A stretch of DNA of 64,000 nt from Bacteroidota bacterium (GCA_046073825.1 JBJTMY010000097.1:5270-69269); one strand, 5' to 3'; shown: positions 22,182 through 31,721, counted from the first letter of the stretch. The notes: a model not told the origin generated them from the letters alone. Made by a program: numbers and translations.

Positions 22182-24349
22182 AACTTAATTATTTTTTTTG
22201 AATATATCCTTTCACCTTGCTTCACTGATAAAAGGTAGGTACCCAATTGCATTTTACTTGTATCAATTTGTTTGTAATCTTCATTTATATCACATGACCA
22301 AACTATTTTACCAAGTACATCAATCAGCTCTAATTTAGCATTTTTTATTGGAGCTTTAAACTTTAGGAATAGAACATTTTCTGAAATTAAAGGATTAGGA
22401 GAAACATCAAAATACAAATCGGATGTTTGAGTTTCTAAAACACCATTGTTTAACTGTCCTAAATAACCTCTGATTCCACCAGCCCCATTTCCGATTAATA
22501 AATCATTTATTCCATCTTGATTATAATCTGCTATCGCTAATGTTGCTCGCTTTGGTTCATAAATTTGTTCATACATGGAATCTACCAAGGTAAAAGCTCC
22601 TGTAAGATTATTATCAATGTTTTGATAATGAAATATCGTTCCTTTTTCACAACCCACTAATAACTCATATCCATTACCGTTATCAAACATTACAGGTGAA
22701 CTATACCCTGTGATTGAATTTGGCGAGGTGACATTTACATTACCAAAGTTTGCAGAAACTAAATTAAATGTTAATGTACTACCTACTGAATTGTTTTTAT
22801 AAAAATTCAAAACACCACTTCTTTCTCCAATCAACAAATCATTTTTTCCATCCCTATCTACATCTATAATTTGAGGTATCGAATTATTGCCCACATCAAT
22901 CGATTGAAAATAAGGCCCGGCAAAAACAAAATTGGCGGATGATCCAACCGAATTATTTTTATAATAAATTAAAGAACCATCCGCATTTCCTAATATTAAA
23001 TCATCGTCTCCATCACCGTCTATGTCACCAAAAGCAGGGCTTAATCCAAACTGGCCAAGAGAACTTAAATTCAACCAATCGGAAGTTAAAAACTCAAAAG
23101 AAGTTACTGCTCCAACAGAAGTATTTAAATAAACACTTAAAGTAGAATATTGTAAATTTGGATTTGCATTATATGCATAATCATTGCCAATAACAAGATC
23201 TTTTCTTCCGTCTCCATTCACATCAAAAAAACTAACGTTTGCGGATGTCCCCACATCAATCATCTCGTCAATCATAAAATTATTTTTTACAAATGAAAAA
23301 ACATTCTGACAGTTACTCCCAATATTTTTATAAAAATGAACATTCCTTAAATCCTCCCCAACGGTGGCAAACGGAGTAACTAATAAATCATTTATCGAAT
23401 CTCCATCAGCATCTAAATAAAAAGCGGCTGGAAGATTTTGTAAATTCACATTCACATTATAACTCGGGAAAACGGTGTCTTGTTGAACAATCAAGGCCGA
23501 ATCAGGAGTGCCTCCATTTTTCAAAAACAGAAGGTTTGATCCTAAAATATCTCCATTAATGATGTCCGCATCTCCATCACAATCTTCATCTAACACCGTT
23601 AATACAGAACCAGAATGTAAATGACTTTCACGATTTGTTACACAGTTTTGATTTAGCAAGGCGGTGTTTGTTAATCCGCTCAACCTAAAATGTCCCCAAC
23701 AATCAGGTTCAACTTTATATAAAAGCTGATTACAAACACCAAGCGAGTCCATGGAGTAATTTTTATGAAATTCAATAAAATTACCTGAATTTGTAAATGT
23801 GAGAATATCCATATCCCCATCATTGTCCACATCATCAAACGCTGACAAATTTACCTGAGTACTAAAAATCGGAGAAACACCAGAAGCATATTGACTATTA
23901 ATTTGAGATGTATATAGTGAAAAACTCAATCCCGAATTAATCGTAAAATCGTTTTCCCAAATACCAATAGAATTATTAAAATAGGTCATTAAATCCAAAT
24001 CACCATCGCAATCAAAATCATAGCTACTTACCCAATCATGTAGTGGGGGAATTTTAGAGATATAAGAAGGTGCATATTCATACTTCATAACAGCATTTGC
24101 ATTGAACAAGAAAGTAGAAATTCGATTTCCTACCCGATCCAAAACAAGTAAATCATTAAAACTATCGCCATTTAAGTCAATCCGACAAAAGACAGGACTA
24201 TTAAATCCCCCACACATGGGCATCAGGAGCGAATCGCCATTCCTAACAACAACTACTGATGTATCCAAAACGTAATGCGTTCCAGATTGAGCAATTGATG
24301 AATAAGAAATAATTAAAAAAACAAGGATTGCAGAAATCCTTCTTTGCAT
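22178..24349 (-). CDS. FG-GAP/VCBS-repeat protein with a T9SS type A C-terminal sorting domain (paralog of 19977..22181)
   Basis: Same architecture and collinear motifs as its neighbour (DVDNDGDMDIL, DIDGDGDDDLI, DVDRDGKNDLL); tail FDVSPNPL...GTYLL...KIIKL; ATGA overlap with the next gene. Confidence 0.8.
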   Translation of the reverse strand: MQRRISAILVFLIISYSSIAQSGTHYVLDTSVVVVRNGDSLLMPMCGGFNSPVFCRIDLNGDSFNDLLVLDRVGNRISTFLFNANAVMKYEYAPSYISKIPPLHDWVSSYDFDCDGDLDLMTYFNNSIGIWENDFTINSGLSFSLYTSQINSQYASGVSPIFSTQVNLSAFDDVDNDGDMDILTFTNSGNFIEFHKNYSMDSLGVCNQLLYKVEPDCWGHFRLSGLTNTALLNQNCVTNRESHLHSGSVLTVLDEDCDGDADIINGDILGSNLLFLKNGGTPDSALIVQQDTVFPSYNVNVNLQNLPAAFYLDADGDSINDLLVTPFATVGEDLRNVHFYKNIGSNCQNVFSFVKNNFMIDEMIDVGTSANVSFFDVNGDGRKDLVIGNDYAYNANPNLQYSTLSVYLNTSVGAVTSFEFLTSDWLNLSSLGQFGLSPAFGDIDGDGDDDLILGNADGSLIYYKNNSVGSSANFVFAGPYFQSIDVGNNSIPQIIDVDRDGKNDLLIGERSGVLNFYKNNSVGSTLTFNLVSANFGNVNVTSPNSITGYSSPVMFDNGNGYELLVGCEKGTIFHYQNIDNNLTGAFTLVDSMYEQIYEPKRATLAIADYNQDGINDLLIGNGAGGIRGYLGQLNNGVLETQTSDLYFDVSPNPLISENVLFLKFKAPIKNAKLELIDVLGKIVWSCDINEDYKQIDTSKMQLGTYLLSVKQGERIYSKKIIKL

Positions 24350-24422
24350 ATTCGTTTGGGGTTTGTGTGATGTAAAGATAAATAAACATTCTTATTAAAA
24401 ATTAGCATTAACATTTGATTCT

Positions 24423-24430
24423 TACCTTTG
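24423..24430 (+). promoter_or_regulatory. -7 promoter box for yajQ
   Basis: Exact TACCTTTG 16 nt upstream of ATG 24446. It overlaps the TTG at 24428 that the ORF track used as the start. Confidence 0.45.
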
Positions 24431-24445
24431 AACAAAATAAAATTT

Positions 24446-24937
24446 ATGGCCTCTTTTGACATAGTAAGCGAAGTTGATTTGCAAAAACTTGATAATGCAA
24501 TTAATGTAACAGTGAAAGAATTTAGCAACCGTTTTGATTTTCATGGATCCAAAACCACGTTAGAATTAGATAAGAAAACACTAACACTTTTGCTCATTAC
24601 AGAAAATGAGATGCGAGTAAAATCGGTGGTTGATATTCTGATTTCCCGAATGATGAAGCAAGGGCTCGATAGTAACTGTTTGGATTTAGGTAAAGACGAA
24701 TACGCTTCGGGAAATATGATTCGCAAAGAAATCAAAGTAAAACAAGGCATCGATAAAGAGGCCGCTAAGAAAATTGTTAAGATTATAAAGGATGCGGGCT
24801 TTAAAGTACAAGCCTCCATTATGGATGATCAAATCCGTGTATCAGGCAAAAAACTAGACGAATTACAAGCGGTAATCGGCAAGGTGCGCAGTAGCGAATT
24901 AGACCTTTCTTTACAATTTAATAATTTTAGAAGTTAA
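24446..24937 (+). CDS. yajQ: YajQ-family (UPF0234) nucleotide / cyclic-di-GMP-binding protein
   Basis: MASFDIVSEVDLQKLDNAINVT... is the canonical YajQ N-terminus; 163 aa from this ATG. Confidence 0.85.
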   Translation: MASFDIVSEVDLQKLDNAINVTVKEFSNRFDFHGSKTTLELDKKTLTLLLITENEMRVKSVVDILISRMMKQGLDSNCLDLGKDEYASGNMIRKEIKVKQGIDKEAAKKIVKIIKDAGFKVQASIMDDQIRVSGKKLDELQAVIGKVRSSELDLSLQFNNFRS

Positions 24938-25157
24938 TTAACTTTTTGACAACATCGAGCAACAGAGGAACATGAAATAAGCGTTAAATTTCTCAATTTC
25001 AATCGTTTTGTATTCATACATAATGTAACACAACTTTCAATTATTGACAATACCATTGCGAAGTATTGCGTTAGTGGTTTTTTAGTTCAACTGAATTAAT
25101 TATTATTGTGGTTCTCAAATTAAAATTAAAATCAAAAAACAAAACAAAGTCATTCTT

Positions 25158-25958
25158 ATGAGTCAGAAAAAATCAGGAGGATTACATAGCATATTAGCTG
25201 CTATTGTTATTCCAGCAGCTTTGGTGATTGCTGTATTAATCTTCAAATTTGTGTTGGGAAATCCAGCGAACTTCCAGGATAACAATCCTGAATTAAATCC
25301 GTTACCAGGAAACTTCTTAGGCATCATTTATAAAGGGGGATTCATTGTTCCTATTTTGATGTCTTTATTGTTAATCACTATTGTATTTGTAATTGAGCGA
25401 TTTATCACTATTGGCAAGTCAAAAGGAGCTGGACGTGTAGACTCTTTCATTCACAATGTTAGACAATCATTAGCTACTGGCGATTTGAACGGTGCTGTTG
25501 CTGCTTGTAACAAGCAAAAAGGATCTATCGCAGCAGTAGTTTTAGCTGGGGTAAATGCTTATCAGCAAATGTCGAAAGACACTACATTGGACAAAGAACA
25601 CAAGGTTGCCTCTATTCAAAAAGAAATTGAAGAAGCTACAACTTTAGAACTTCCGATGTTATCAAAGAACTTAATTATAATCTCTACAATTGCTTCTATC
25701 GCAACCCTTATGGGACTATTAGGAACTGTATTCGGTATGATTAGAGCATTTGCTGCGTTAGCCCAAGCAGGTTCGCCTGATGCTACCGCTCTTGCAACGG
25801 GTATTTCTGAAGCCTTAATTAATACTGCATTCGGTATCGGAACTTCTGCAATTGCTATCATTTTCTATAACTACTTTACAAACAAAATCGATTCTATCAC
25901 TTACGGAATTGATGAAGCAGGTTATAGCATTGTTCAAACATTTACATCAAAACACTAA
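25158..25958 (+). CDS. exbB: MotA/TolQ/ExbB proton-channel protein
   Basis: Three TM helices and the conserved C-terminal segment (LGLLGTVFGMIRAF...ISEALINTAFGI). Confidence 0.88.
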   Translation: MSQKKSGGLHSILAAIVIPAALVIAVLIFKFVLGNPANFQDNNPELNPLPGNFLGIIYKGGFIVPILMSLLLITIVFVIERFITIGKSKGAGRVDSFIHNVRQSLATGDLNGAVAACNKQKGSIAAVVLAGVNAYQQMSKDTTLDKEHKVASIQKEIEEATTLELPMLSKNLIIISTIASIATLMGLLGTVFGMIRAFAALAQAGSPDATALATGISEALINTAFGIGTSAIAIIFYNYFTNKIDSITYGIDEAGYSIVQTFTSKH

Positions 25959-25978
25959 TTCAATTAATTTAGATCCGT

Positions 25979-26623
25979 ATGCCAAAAGTAAAAATGCCCA
26001 AAAACAGTCCATCGTTGGATATGACTCCAATGGTTGACTTGGCATTCCTACTGGTTACGTTCTTTATGTTAACCACCCAGTTTCGTCCAGACGAACCTGT
26101 GGTAGTTGACTCACCCTCTTCAATTTCAGAAAAAATTCTTCCTGAAAATGTTATGTTGGTGACCATTGATTCTGCGGGCCGAGTTTTCTTCAATTTAGAA
26201 GGAAAGGAGCTAAGAAAGAATATGCTTAGCCAAATGAGTGCTAAGTATGGTGTAAAGTTCGACGAGAATGAAACAAATCGTTTTGCAGTAATGGCAACCT
26301 TCGGGATGACAGTACAGCAATTAAAGCAATACTTACCATTGGATGAAATGGAAAGAAAGAATTTTATGAAGAAAAGTATGGGAATTCCTTATGATTCTTT
26401 AAACAATCAACTAGGCGACTGGATTCGATTTGGTCGTTTGGCTGATGCTCAAAATTCTAACGGACAACCTTTGGACAAAGACAAAGCTTTGCGATTTGCC
26501 ATTAAAGGGGATGCAAATGCGAAATATACTGCTATCAAGAGAGTTATTGAGGTTTTTCAAGAAATGAAAGTGAACCGATTTAACCTTGTTACTACCTTAG
26601 AACAAAGTCCTACTAATATTTAA
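25979..26623 (+). CDS. exbD: Biopolymer transporter ExbD (copy 1)
   Basis: N-terminal DMTPMVDLAFLLVTFFML motif; 214 aa. Confidence 0.85.
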   Translation: MPKVKMPKNSPSLDMTPMVDLAFLLVTFFMLTTQFRPDEPVVVDSPSSISEKILPENVMLVTIDSAGRVFFNLEGKELRKNMLSQMSAKYGVKFDENETNRFAVMATFGMTVQQLKQYLPLDEMERKNFMKKSMGIPYDSLNNQLGDWIRFGRLADAQNSNGQPLDKDKALRFAIKGDANAKYTAIKRVIEVFQEMKVNRFNLVTTLEQSPTNI

Positions 26624-26644
26624 CCTTTAACCAGTCAAAAAGAA

Positions 26645-27271
26645 ATGGCACAAATACAATCCAACGACTCTGACTCGGGTAAAGGCGGGAAACATGGTAA
26701 AGTAAGAGCCAAAAAGCAATCTACCCATATCGATATGACTCCGATGGTAGACCTTGCCTTCCTACTTCTTACCTTTTTTATGTTAACGACCACATTTGGT
26801 AAACCCAAAACAATGGAAATTAACATGCCTGTTAAACCACCTCCAGGGCAGGAAATTAAAAATGAAGTTAATAATGCAATTACAATATTGTTGAGTGGTG
26901 ATAATAAAATCTATTGGTATTATGGTGAATTAAAACCTGAAACCAAATTAACACTTACCGATTTCTCAGCTAGTGGAGTACGTAAATTATTTCTTGACTA
27001 CAACAAACAAGCAGTTGATGAAATAAAAACGTTAAAAGAAAATGCATTAAAAACGAAAATGAATGAAGACACTTTGAAAAGTCGCGTAGTCGATATCAAA
27101 GGTAAAAAGTATGCATTAATGGTACTCGTTAAAACTGACGATAAAGCCAAGTACAAAAATGTAATCGATATTATAGATGAATTAAATATCTGTTTAATCG
27201 GTAAATATGCGTTAGTCGATTTAGACGCGCGCGAATATGAATTAATTAAAAACTTTCAACCAGGTCAATAA
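26645..27271 (+). CDS. exbD: Biopolymer transporter ExbD (copy 2)
   Basis: IDMTPMVDLAFLLLTFFML motif; 208 aa. Confidence 0.85.
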   Translation: MAQIQSNDSDSGKGGKHGKVRAKKQSTHIDMTPMVDLAFLLLTFFMLTTTFGKPKTMEINMPVKPPPGQEIKNEVNNAITILLSGDNKIYWYYGELKPETKLTLTDFSASGVRKLFLDYNKQAVDEIKTLKENALKTKMNEDTLKSRVVDIKGKKYALMVLVKTDDKAKYKNVIDIIDELNICLIGKYALVDLDAREYELIKNFQPGQ

Positions 27272-27273
27272 TT

Positions 27274-28089
27274 ATGTCAAACATACTTGAACCATCATGG
27301 GACAATGTGACAAACTCTGACAGAGCTGAATTGGTTTTTGAAAATCGCAACAAAGACTTTGGCGCTTATGTAATCCGTAAAGGATATACTAAGACAACAG
27401 CGAAGGCTATGTTAATTTCAATAAGCTTTTTTACCATCTGTATATGTGCACCGGTAATTTACAAGTTAATTTCTGCAAACATTGAAAAAGCAGTTGACAA
27501 ACCTGTGGAAGTTACCGTTGAACTAAAAGAGCCACCTCCATTAGATAAAAATGAACCTCCTCCACCTCCTCCGCCTCCTCCACCTCCAACAATTGAAACG
27601 GTAAAGTTTACCCCTCCGGTTGTTGTGGATAAAGAAATTGCCGAAGAAGAGCAGCCACCACCACAGGAAAAATTAAATGAAACTAATGTTGGTGTAGTAA
27701 CGCAAGAAGGTACAGAAGGCGCAACAGAATTACCTCCAGAGCCAGTTGCCGCTGATCCAGATGCAGATAAGGTCTTTACTTATGTAGAGGAAATGCCGGG
27801 CTTCCCAAATGGTGGAGAATCTGCTATGTACACGTATATTCAAAAGAATATTCGATATCCTCAAATGGCAGTTGACGCTGATATAACAGGAAAAGTTTTC
27901 GTCAACTTCGTGGTAGACCAAAATGGAAATATTACAGACGTAAAAGTCTTACGCGGTATTGGTGGCGGATGTGATGAAGAAGCTATCCGAGTAATAAAAT
28001 CGATGCCTAAGTGGACTCCAGGTAAACAAAACGGCAGAACTGTGAAAGTAAGTTTCAACGTTCCTATTTCATTTACATTGAGAAAATAA
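27274..28089 (+). CDS. tonB: Energy transducer TonB
   Basis: TM anchor, a poly-proline spacer (EPPPPPPPPPPPT) and a C-terminal TonB_C domain (YPQMAVDADITGKVFVNFVVDQNGNITDVKVLRG). Confidence 0.87.
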   Translation: MSNILEPSWDNVTNSDRAELVFENRNKDFGAYVIRKGYTKTTAKAMLISISFFTICICAPVIYKLISANIEKAVDKPVEVTVELKEPPPLDKNEPPPPPPPPPPPTIETVKFTPPVVVDKEIAEEEQPPPQEKLNETNVGVVTQEGTEGATELPPEPVAADPDADKVFTYVEEMPGFPNGGESAMYTYIQKNIRYPQMAVDADITGKVFVNFVVDQNGNITDVKVLRGIGGGCDEEAIRVIKSMPKWTPGKQNGRTVKVSFNVPISFTLRK

Positions 28090-28111
28090 ATGTAGCTATT
28101 ACTGCATATCG

Positions 28112-28140
28112 AAAGAGCCCTGACTATATTGGGGCTCTTT
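28112..28140 (+). terminator. Intrinsic terminator after tonB
   Basis: Stem aaagagccc/gggctcttt followed by a T-rich tract. Confidence 0.65.
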
Positions 28141-28184
28141 TATTTTTAATCTGTTTTGACTTTATTCGTTTAGTGATGTTTTTG

Positions 28185-28192
28185 TAGTTTTG
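28185..28192 (+). promoter_or_regulatory. -7 promoter box for the small-membrane-protein / PstS-like / TPR unit
   Basis: Exact TAGTTTTG between the tonB terminator and ORF 28218. Confidence 0.4.
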
Positions 28193-28217
28193 TATCTTAT
28201 TAAAACAATAAAAACAA

Positions 28218-28448
28218 TTGAAAGGAAATAAAATACTTTTTTATGTAACAGCCGCCATGTCGGCGTTATATCCCATTGTCGGAATTTATATTCTATTAGC
28301 ACCTAATGTTGAAATACTATTGCCAGGAAACAAACGTTATTTAATTGGAAGTATGCTTTTGATATACGGTGTATTTCGTTTTTTCAGATTAAAATCGATG
28401 AAGAAAAACATGGACAATGTGGAACAACCAACTAATAGTAGTGAATGA
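28218..28448 (+). CDS. Small two-TM membrane protein (63-76 aa), unknown function
   Basis: Two hydrophobic helices. The TTG start at 28218 is uncertain (alternative ATG at 28257). It sits directly upstream of the PstS-like gene. Confidence 0.4.
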   Translation: MKGNKILFYVTAAMSALYPIVGIYILLAPNVEILLPGNKRYLIGSMLLIYGVFRFFRLKSMKKNMDNVEQPTNSSE

Positions 28449-28457
28449 TATAAGTTT

Positions 28458-29387
28458 ATGAATAAATCTTTTTTTTACCTCGCCTTATTATTAGCTACTT
28501 CATGTGGTACAGATTTCAAAAAACCTTATAGTGATACACCTACTTCTGGTATAGTTAAAATCACATCGGACGAAACCTTTCAACCATTAATTGATTCTGA
28601 AAAAGACACATTCATGGGTTTATATAAATATGCCCAAGTGAATATTTCTCATAAATCAGAGGCTGATTGTTTTAAGGATTTAATCAATGATTCTGCAAAG
28701 ACAATTGTAGTTAGTCGTCAATTAAATGAAAAAGAGAAGTTTTATTTCCACTCTAGAAATTTGATTCCTATAACCACTAAAATAGCACTTGATGCAATTG
28801 CAATTGTGGTTAATAAAGACAATCCGGATAGCCTTTTAAATACCAAACAATTAACATCGATTTTATCAGGAGAGTATTCCAATTGGAATCAAGTTTACAG
28901 CAATTCAAAATTGGGCAAAATCTCTGTAGTATTCGACAATAACGGATCAAGTAATGTTCGTTACCTAAAAGACAACTTGCTAAAAGGATCGGCGTTATCC
29001 TCCAATTGTTTTGCCTCCCAATCTAATCCTGGAGTTATCAAATTTGTTGAGGAAAACAAAAACGCCATTGGAATTATTGGAGTTTCTTGGATTAGTGATT
29101 TTGACGACAAAACCACTCAGGGATTCCTTTCAAGAGTAAAAGTGCTGGATTTAACCACATCAGACCATCCAGTTTATCCAGATGATTATTACAAACCATA
29201 TCAGGCCTATATTGCATTATCGCAATATCCTCTCATCAGAGAAGTTTATATGATAAATAGAGAAGGACGCGCAGGATTGGGAACTGGTTTTGTTTCATTT
29301 GTTGCAGGAGATGCTGGACAACGAATAATTAGAATGGCCGGATTATTGCCTGCCACAATGCCAGTTAGATTAATTAAAACAGAGTAA
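28458..29387 (+). CDS. PstS-like periplasmic substrate-binding lipoprotein (PBP_like_2)
   Basis: Lipobox LLATSC; type 2 periplasmic-binding-protein pattern (VKITSDETFQPL..., GSSNV..., IGIIGVSW). No pstCAB genes are nearby. Confidence 0.72.
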   Translation: MNKSFFYLALLLATSCGTDFKKPYSDTPTSGIVKITSDETFQPLIDSEKDTFMGLYKYAQVNISHKSEADCFKDLINDSAKTIVVSRQLNEKEKFYFHSRNLIPITTKIALDAIAIVVNKDNPDSLLNTKQLTSILSGEYSNWNQVYSNSKLGKISVVFDNNGSSNVRYLKDNLLKGSALSSNCFASQSNPGVIKFVEENKNAIGIIGVSWISDFDDKTTQGFLSRVKVLDLTTSDHPVYPDDYYKPYQAYIALSQYPLIREVYMINREGRAGLGTGFVSFVAGDAGQRIIRMAGLLPATMPVRLIKTE

Positions 29388-29397
29388 AATAATAAAT

Positions 29398-31002
29398 ATG
29401 AAAAAGAGAATTTTAGTCGCGGTCTTGATGACTATCGGATTTAATGTAAGCGCTCAAACACTTAAAGACGCCATTCGACTAAACGAAAATGAGCAGCATG
29501 ATGAAGCTTCAAGTGTATATCAAAAATTGATTTCAATTGAACCTACTAAAGGAGACTACTATTATTATTGGGGTAATAATTTATTAGATGCTGATAAATC
29601 AGACTCTGCTTCTATTATTTTTAGTGAAGGATTGAAAAAGGATCCTACAAATTATTTACTGCAAATTGGGAATGCAGAATTAAAATTAGCTGCAGGTAAT
29701 TTAATTGAAGGCAAAGCATTAATCGAATCGACCGTAAAATCAGCAGGAAATAAAAACGCATTGATATTAATTGTTGCGGCAGAAGCCCTGATACGACATA
29801 AAAAAGCACAAGATTTAATACTTGCACGAGTCTATCTTGATGCTGCTTTAAAAATAGATGCTAAGAATCCAGACGTTTATAATCTCATAGGAGATATTTA
29901 TTCTGAAGAAAATAATGGCAGTGAGGCGGCTAAATATTATAATCTAGCCTTAGAAAAAGAAGGGAAATATATTAAATCTGTTTTTCATAAAGGACAACTG
30001 TATAAAAGATCGATGAGTTACGAAATCGCAATTACAGAATTCAATAATACCCTGAAAATTGATCCAAACTTTGCCCCAGCATATAGAGAGTTGGGTGAAT
30101 GTTATTATAAACTTAGAAAGTCTGATTTGGCTAAAGAGAACTACAAAAAATACTTAGAACTTTCTAAAAACAATAATAATGCTCGTTTGCGTTATGCATC
30201 ATTCTTATTTCAAAGTGCAGAATATAATGACGCTGCATATGAACTTTCTTTAATTACAAAAGTTGATTCTGCAAATATGGGAATGATGAGAATGATGGCG
30301 TATGTAAATTACGAAATCGGTAAAAACGATACAGCCTTAAAAACTATTGCCAAAGTATTTGATATGACAAAGGAAGATACAACTAAACGTATTGGAAAAG
30401 ATTATTCTTACTATGGAAAAATAATGAACAAAAGTGGAAACGTTGAGCTAGGCACTTATTATATTCAAAATGCTTTATCAATAGATCCGAAACAAGGAGA
30501 GCTATACGATGATTTGGCAGATATGTACAACAAACAAAAAAAATATGATTTAAGTGCTATAACATATGAATCAAAAATAAATAATTCGACTAAGCCAGCC
30601 ATTACTGATTACTTTAATATGGGACGTGCTTGGTACAATGCCAAAAACTATATAAAGGCCGATTCAGCATTTGCAAAAGTTACCGAAATAAATCCAGCTT
30701 GGCCCAATGGATATTTTTGGAGAGGTCGTGCTAACGCACAAATTGATAATACGGCAAAAGAAGGATTAGCAAAACCTTTTTATGCAAAATATATCGAGTT
30801 AGCAAATGCTGACGTAGCCAATCTTGCCAAACAAAAAAATAATTTAATAGAAGCAAATAGTTATTTAGCTTTTGCTGCCTTTGTAGCTAAAGATTGTACC
30901 TTGTCAATTGAATACTGGAATAAAGTATTAGAGATTGATCCATCAACCAAACAAGCAAAGGATTCCATAGAAGCTATTAAAGCATCAAAAGATTGTAAAT
31001 AA
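29398..31002 (+). CDS. Secreted tetratricopeptide-repeat protein
   Basis: Signal peptide ...NVSAQ and TPR units throughout (A...Y.KAL.IDP). Confidence 0.8.
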   Translation: MKKRILVAVLMTIGFNVSAQTLKDAIRLNENEQHDEASSVYQKLISIEPTKGDYYYYWGNNLLDADKSDSASIIFSEGLKKDPTNYLLQIGNAELKLAAGNLIEGKALIESTVKSAGNKNALILIVAAEALIRHKKAQDLILARVYLDAALKIDAKNPDVYNLIGDIYSEENNGSEAAKYYNLALEKEGKYIKSVFHKGQLYKRSMSYEIAITEFNNTLKIDPNFAPAYRELGECYYKLRKSDLAKENYKKYLELSKNNNNARLRYASFLFQSAEYNDAAYELSLITKVDSANMGMMRMMAYVNYEIGKNDTALKTIAKVFDMTKEDTTKRIGKDYSYYGKIMNKSGNVELGTYYIQNALSIDPKQGELYDDLADMYNKQKKYDLSAITYESKINNSTKPAITDYFNMGRAWYNAKNYIKADSAFAKVTEINPAWPNGYFWRGRANAQIDNTAKEGLAKPFYAKYIELANADVANLAKQKNNLIEANSYLAFAAFVAKDCTLSIEYWNKVLEIDPSTKQAKDSIEAIKASKDCK

Positions 31003-31004
31003 AA

Positions 31005-31033
31005 AAATAGGGCTTAAAATTTAAGCCCTATTT
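31005..31033. terminator. Bidirectional intrinsic terminator
   Basis: 13-bp stem aaatagggcttaa/ttaagccctattt flanked by an A-run and a T-run. Confidence 0.75.
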
Positions 31034-31034
31034 T

Positions 31035-31721
31035 TTATGCTGTCACATCTTCATCTTGTTGATTTCGGAATTTAAATCCTACTTTTTTTCCATCATACAT
31101 TGATGTTTCAATCATGTAGGTTAATGCATCGTGAACAGTAATTTCACGCATAGCATCAATTGGTGGTACAACGGCATCAGTTTCTAGCGCATTAATTAAA
31201 AACTGATCTATTAATTTTTTCAGCGACTCATCAGAAATAACATCTGAATTAAAATTATTAAATAATATTCCAATTTGCTTTTTACCTTCTACAAAAAAGT
31301 GATTTTCAGAATTAATAAATATACGACCTAGCAGAATTCCAATCTCCCCACGCCGTTCAAATTTCATTGCATCTGCCATAAAATTATATACAGAAATCAT
31401 CCCACAGACTCCCCTATCTGGATTAAGACTTACATAATTAGACTTTGTTAATGGATGCGTTGGATCAAAAGCGAAGGCATTTGTATGCATAATAAAAATT
31501 AATACATCATCTGCCACTTTTATTTCTGCTTCAAAAGTACCACGGTCAGTATATTTGACTTTTATTCGTGGGTCATTTAAAAGCATGATATGCTTTAGCT
31601 CCCGCTCATAATCCATCAACATTTGTTTGATAAGTGAAAATGCTGCAAAGGTTGTATCAGTTGCATTTTTAGCATTCTTAACTTTTGTGTCTAGCAAGGA
31701 CAAAATTTGATTGTTTATCAT
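31035..31721 (-). CDS. Hypothetical cytoplasmic protein (228 aa), co-transcribed with proS
   Basis: Starts 12 nt after the proS stop. No signal peptide and no motif I recognise. Confidence 0.6.
   Translation of the reverse strand: MINNQILSLLDTKVKNAKNATDTTFAAFSLIKQMLMDYERELKHIMLLNDPRIKVKYTDRGTFEAEIKVADDVLIFIMHTNAFAFDPTHPLTKSNYVSLNPDRGVCGMISVYNFMADAMKFERRGEIGILLGRIFINSENHFFVEGKKQIGILFNNFNSDVISDESLKKLIDQFLINALETDAVVPPIDAMREITVHDALTYMIETSMYDGKKVGFKFRNQQDEDVTA

Noticed and set aside
19977-24349. The two FG-GAP genes as a recent DNA duplication or repeat element
   Set aside because: The proteins are collinear paralogs, but I found no long identical stretches when comparing the nucleotide sequences by eye. 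This is an old tandem gene duplication, not a repeat or mobile element.
24938-25157. 220-nt spacer upstream of exbB as a possible riboswitch or sRNA
   Set aside because: I found no exact -7 box, no convincing stem-loop and no conserved-looking motif. This is insufficient evidence to call a feature.
27553-27590. Run of CCN codons (poly-proline) in tonB as a slippage or phase-variation tract
   Set aside because: The codons are a mix of CCT, CCA and CCG rather than a homopolymer or perfect microsatellite. A proline-rich spacer is a normal structural feature of TonB.
28458-29387. PstS-like gene as evidence for a phosphate ABC transporter operon
   Set aside because: No pstC, pstA, pstB or phoU genes are adjacent. 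It is annotated only as a PstS-fold binding lipoprotein.
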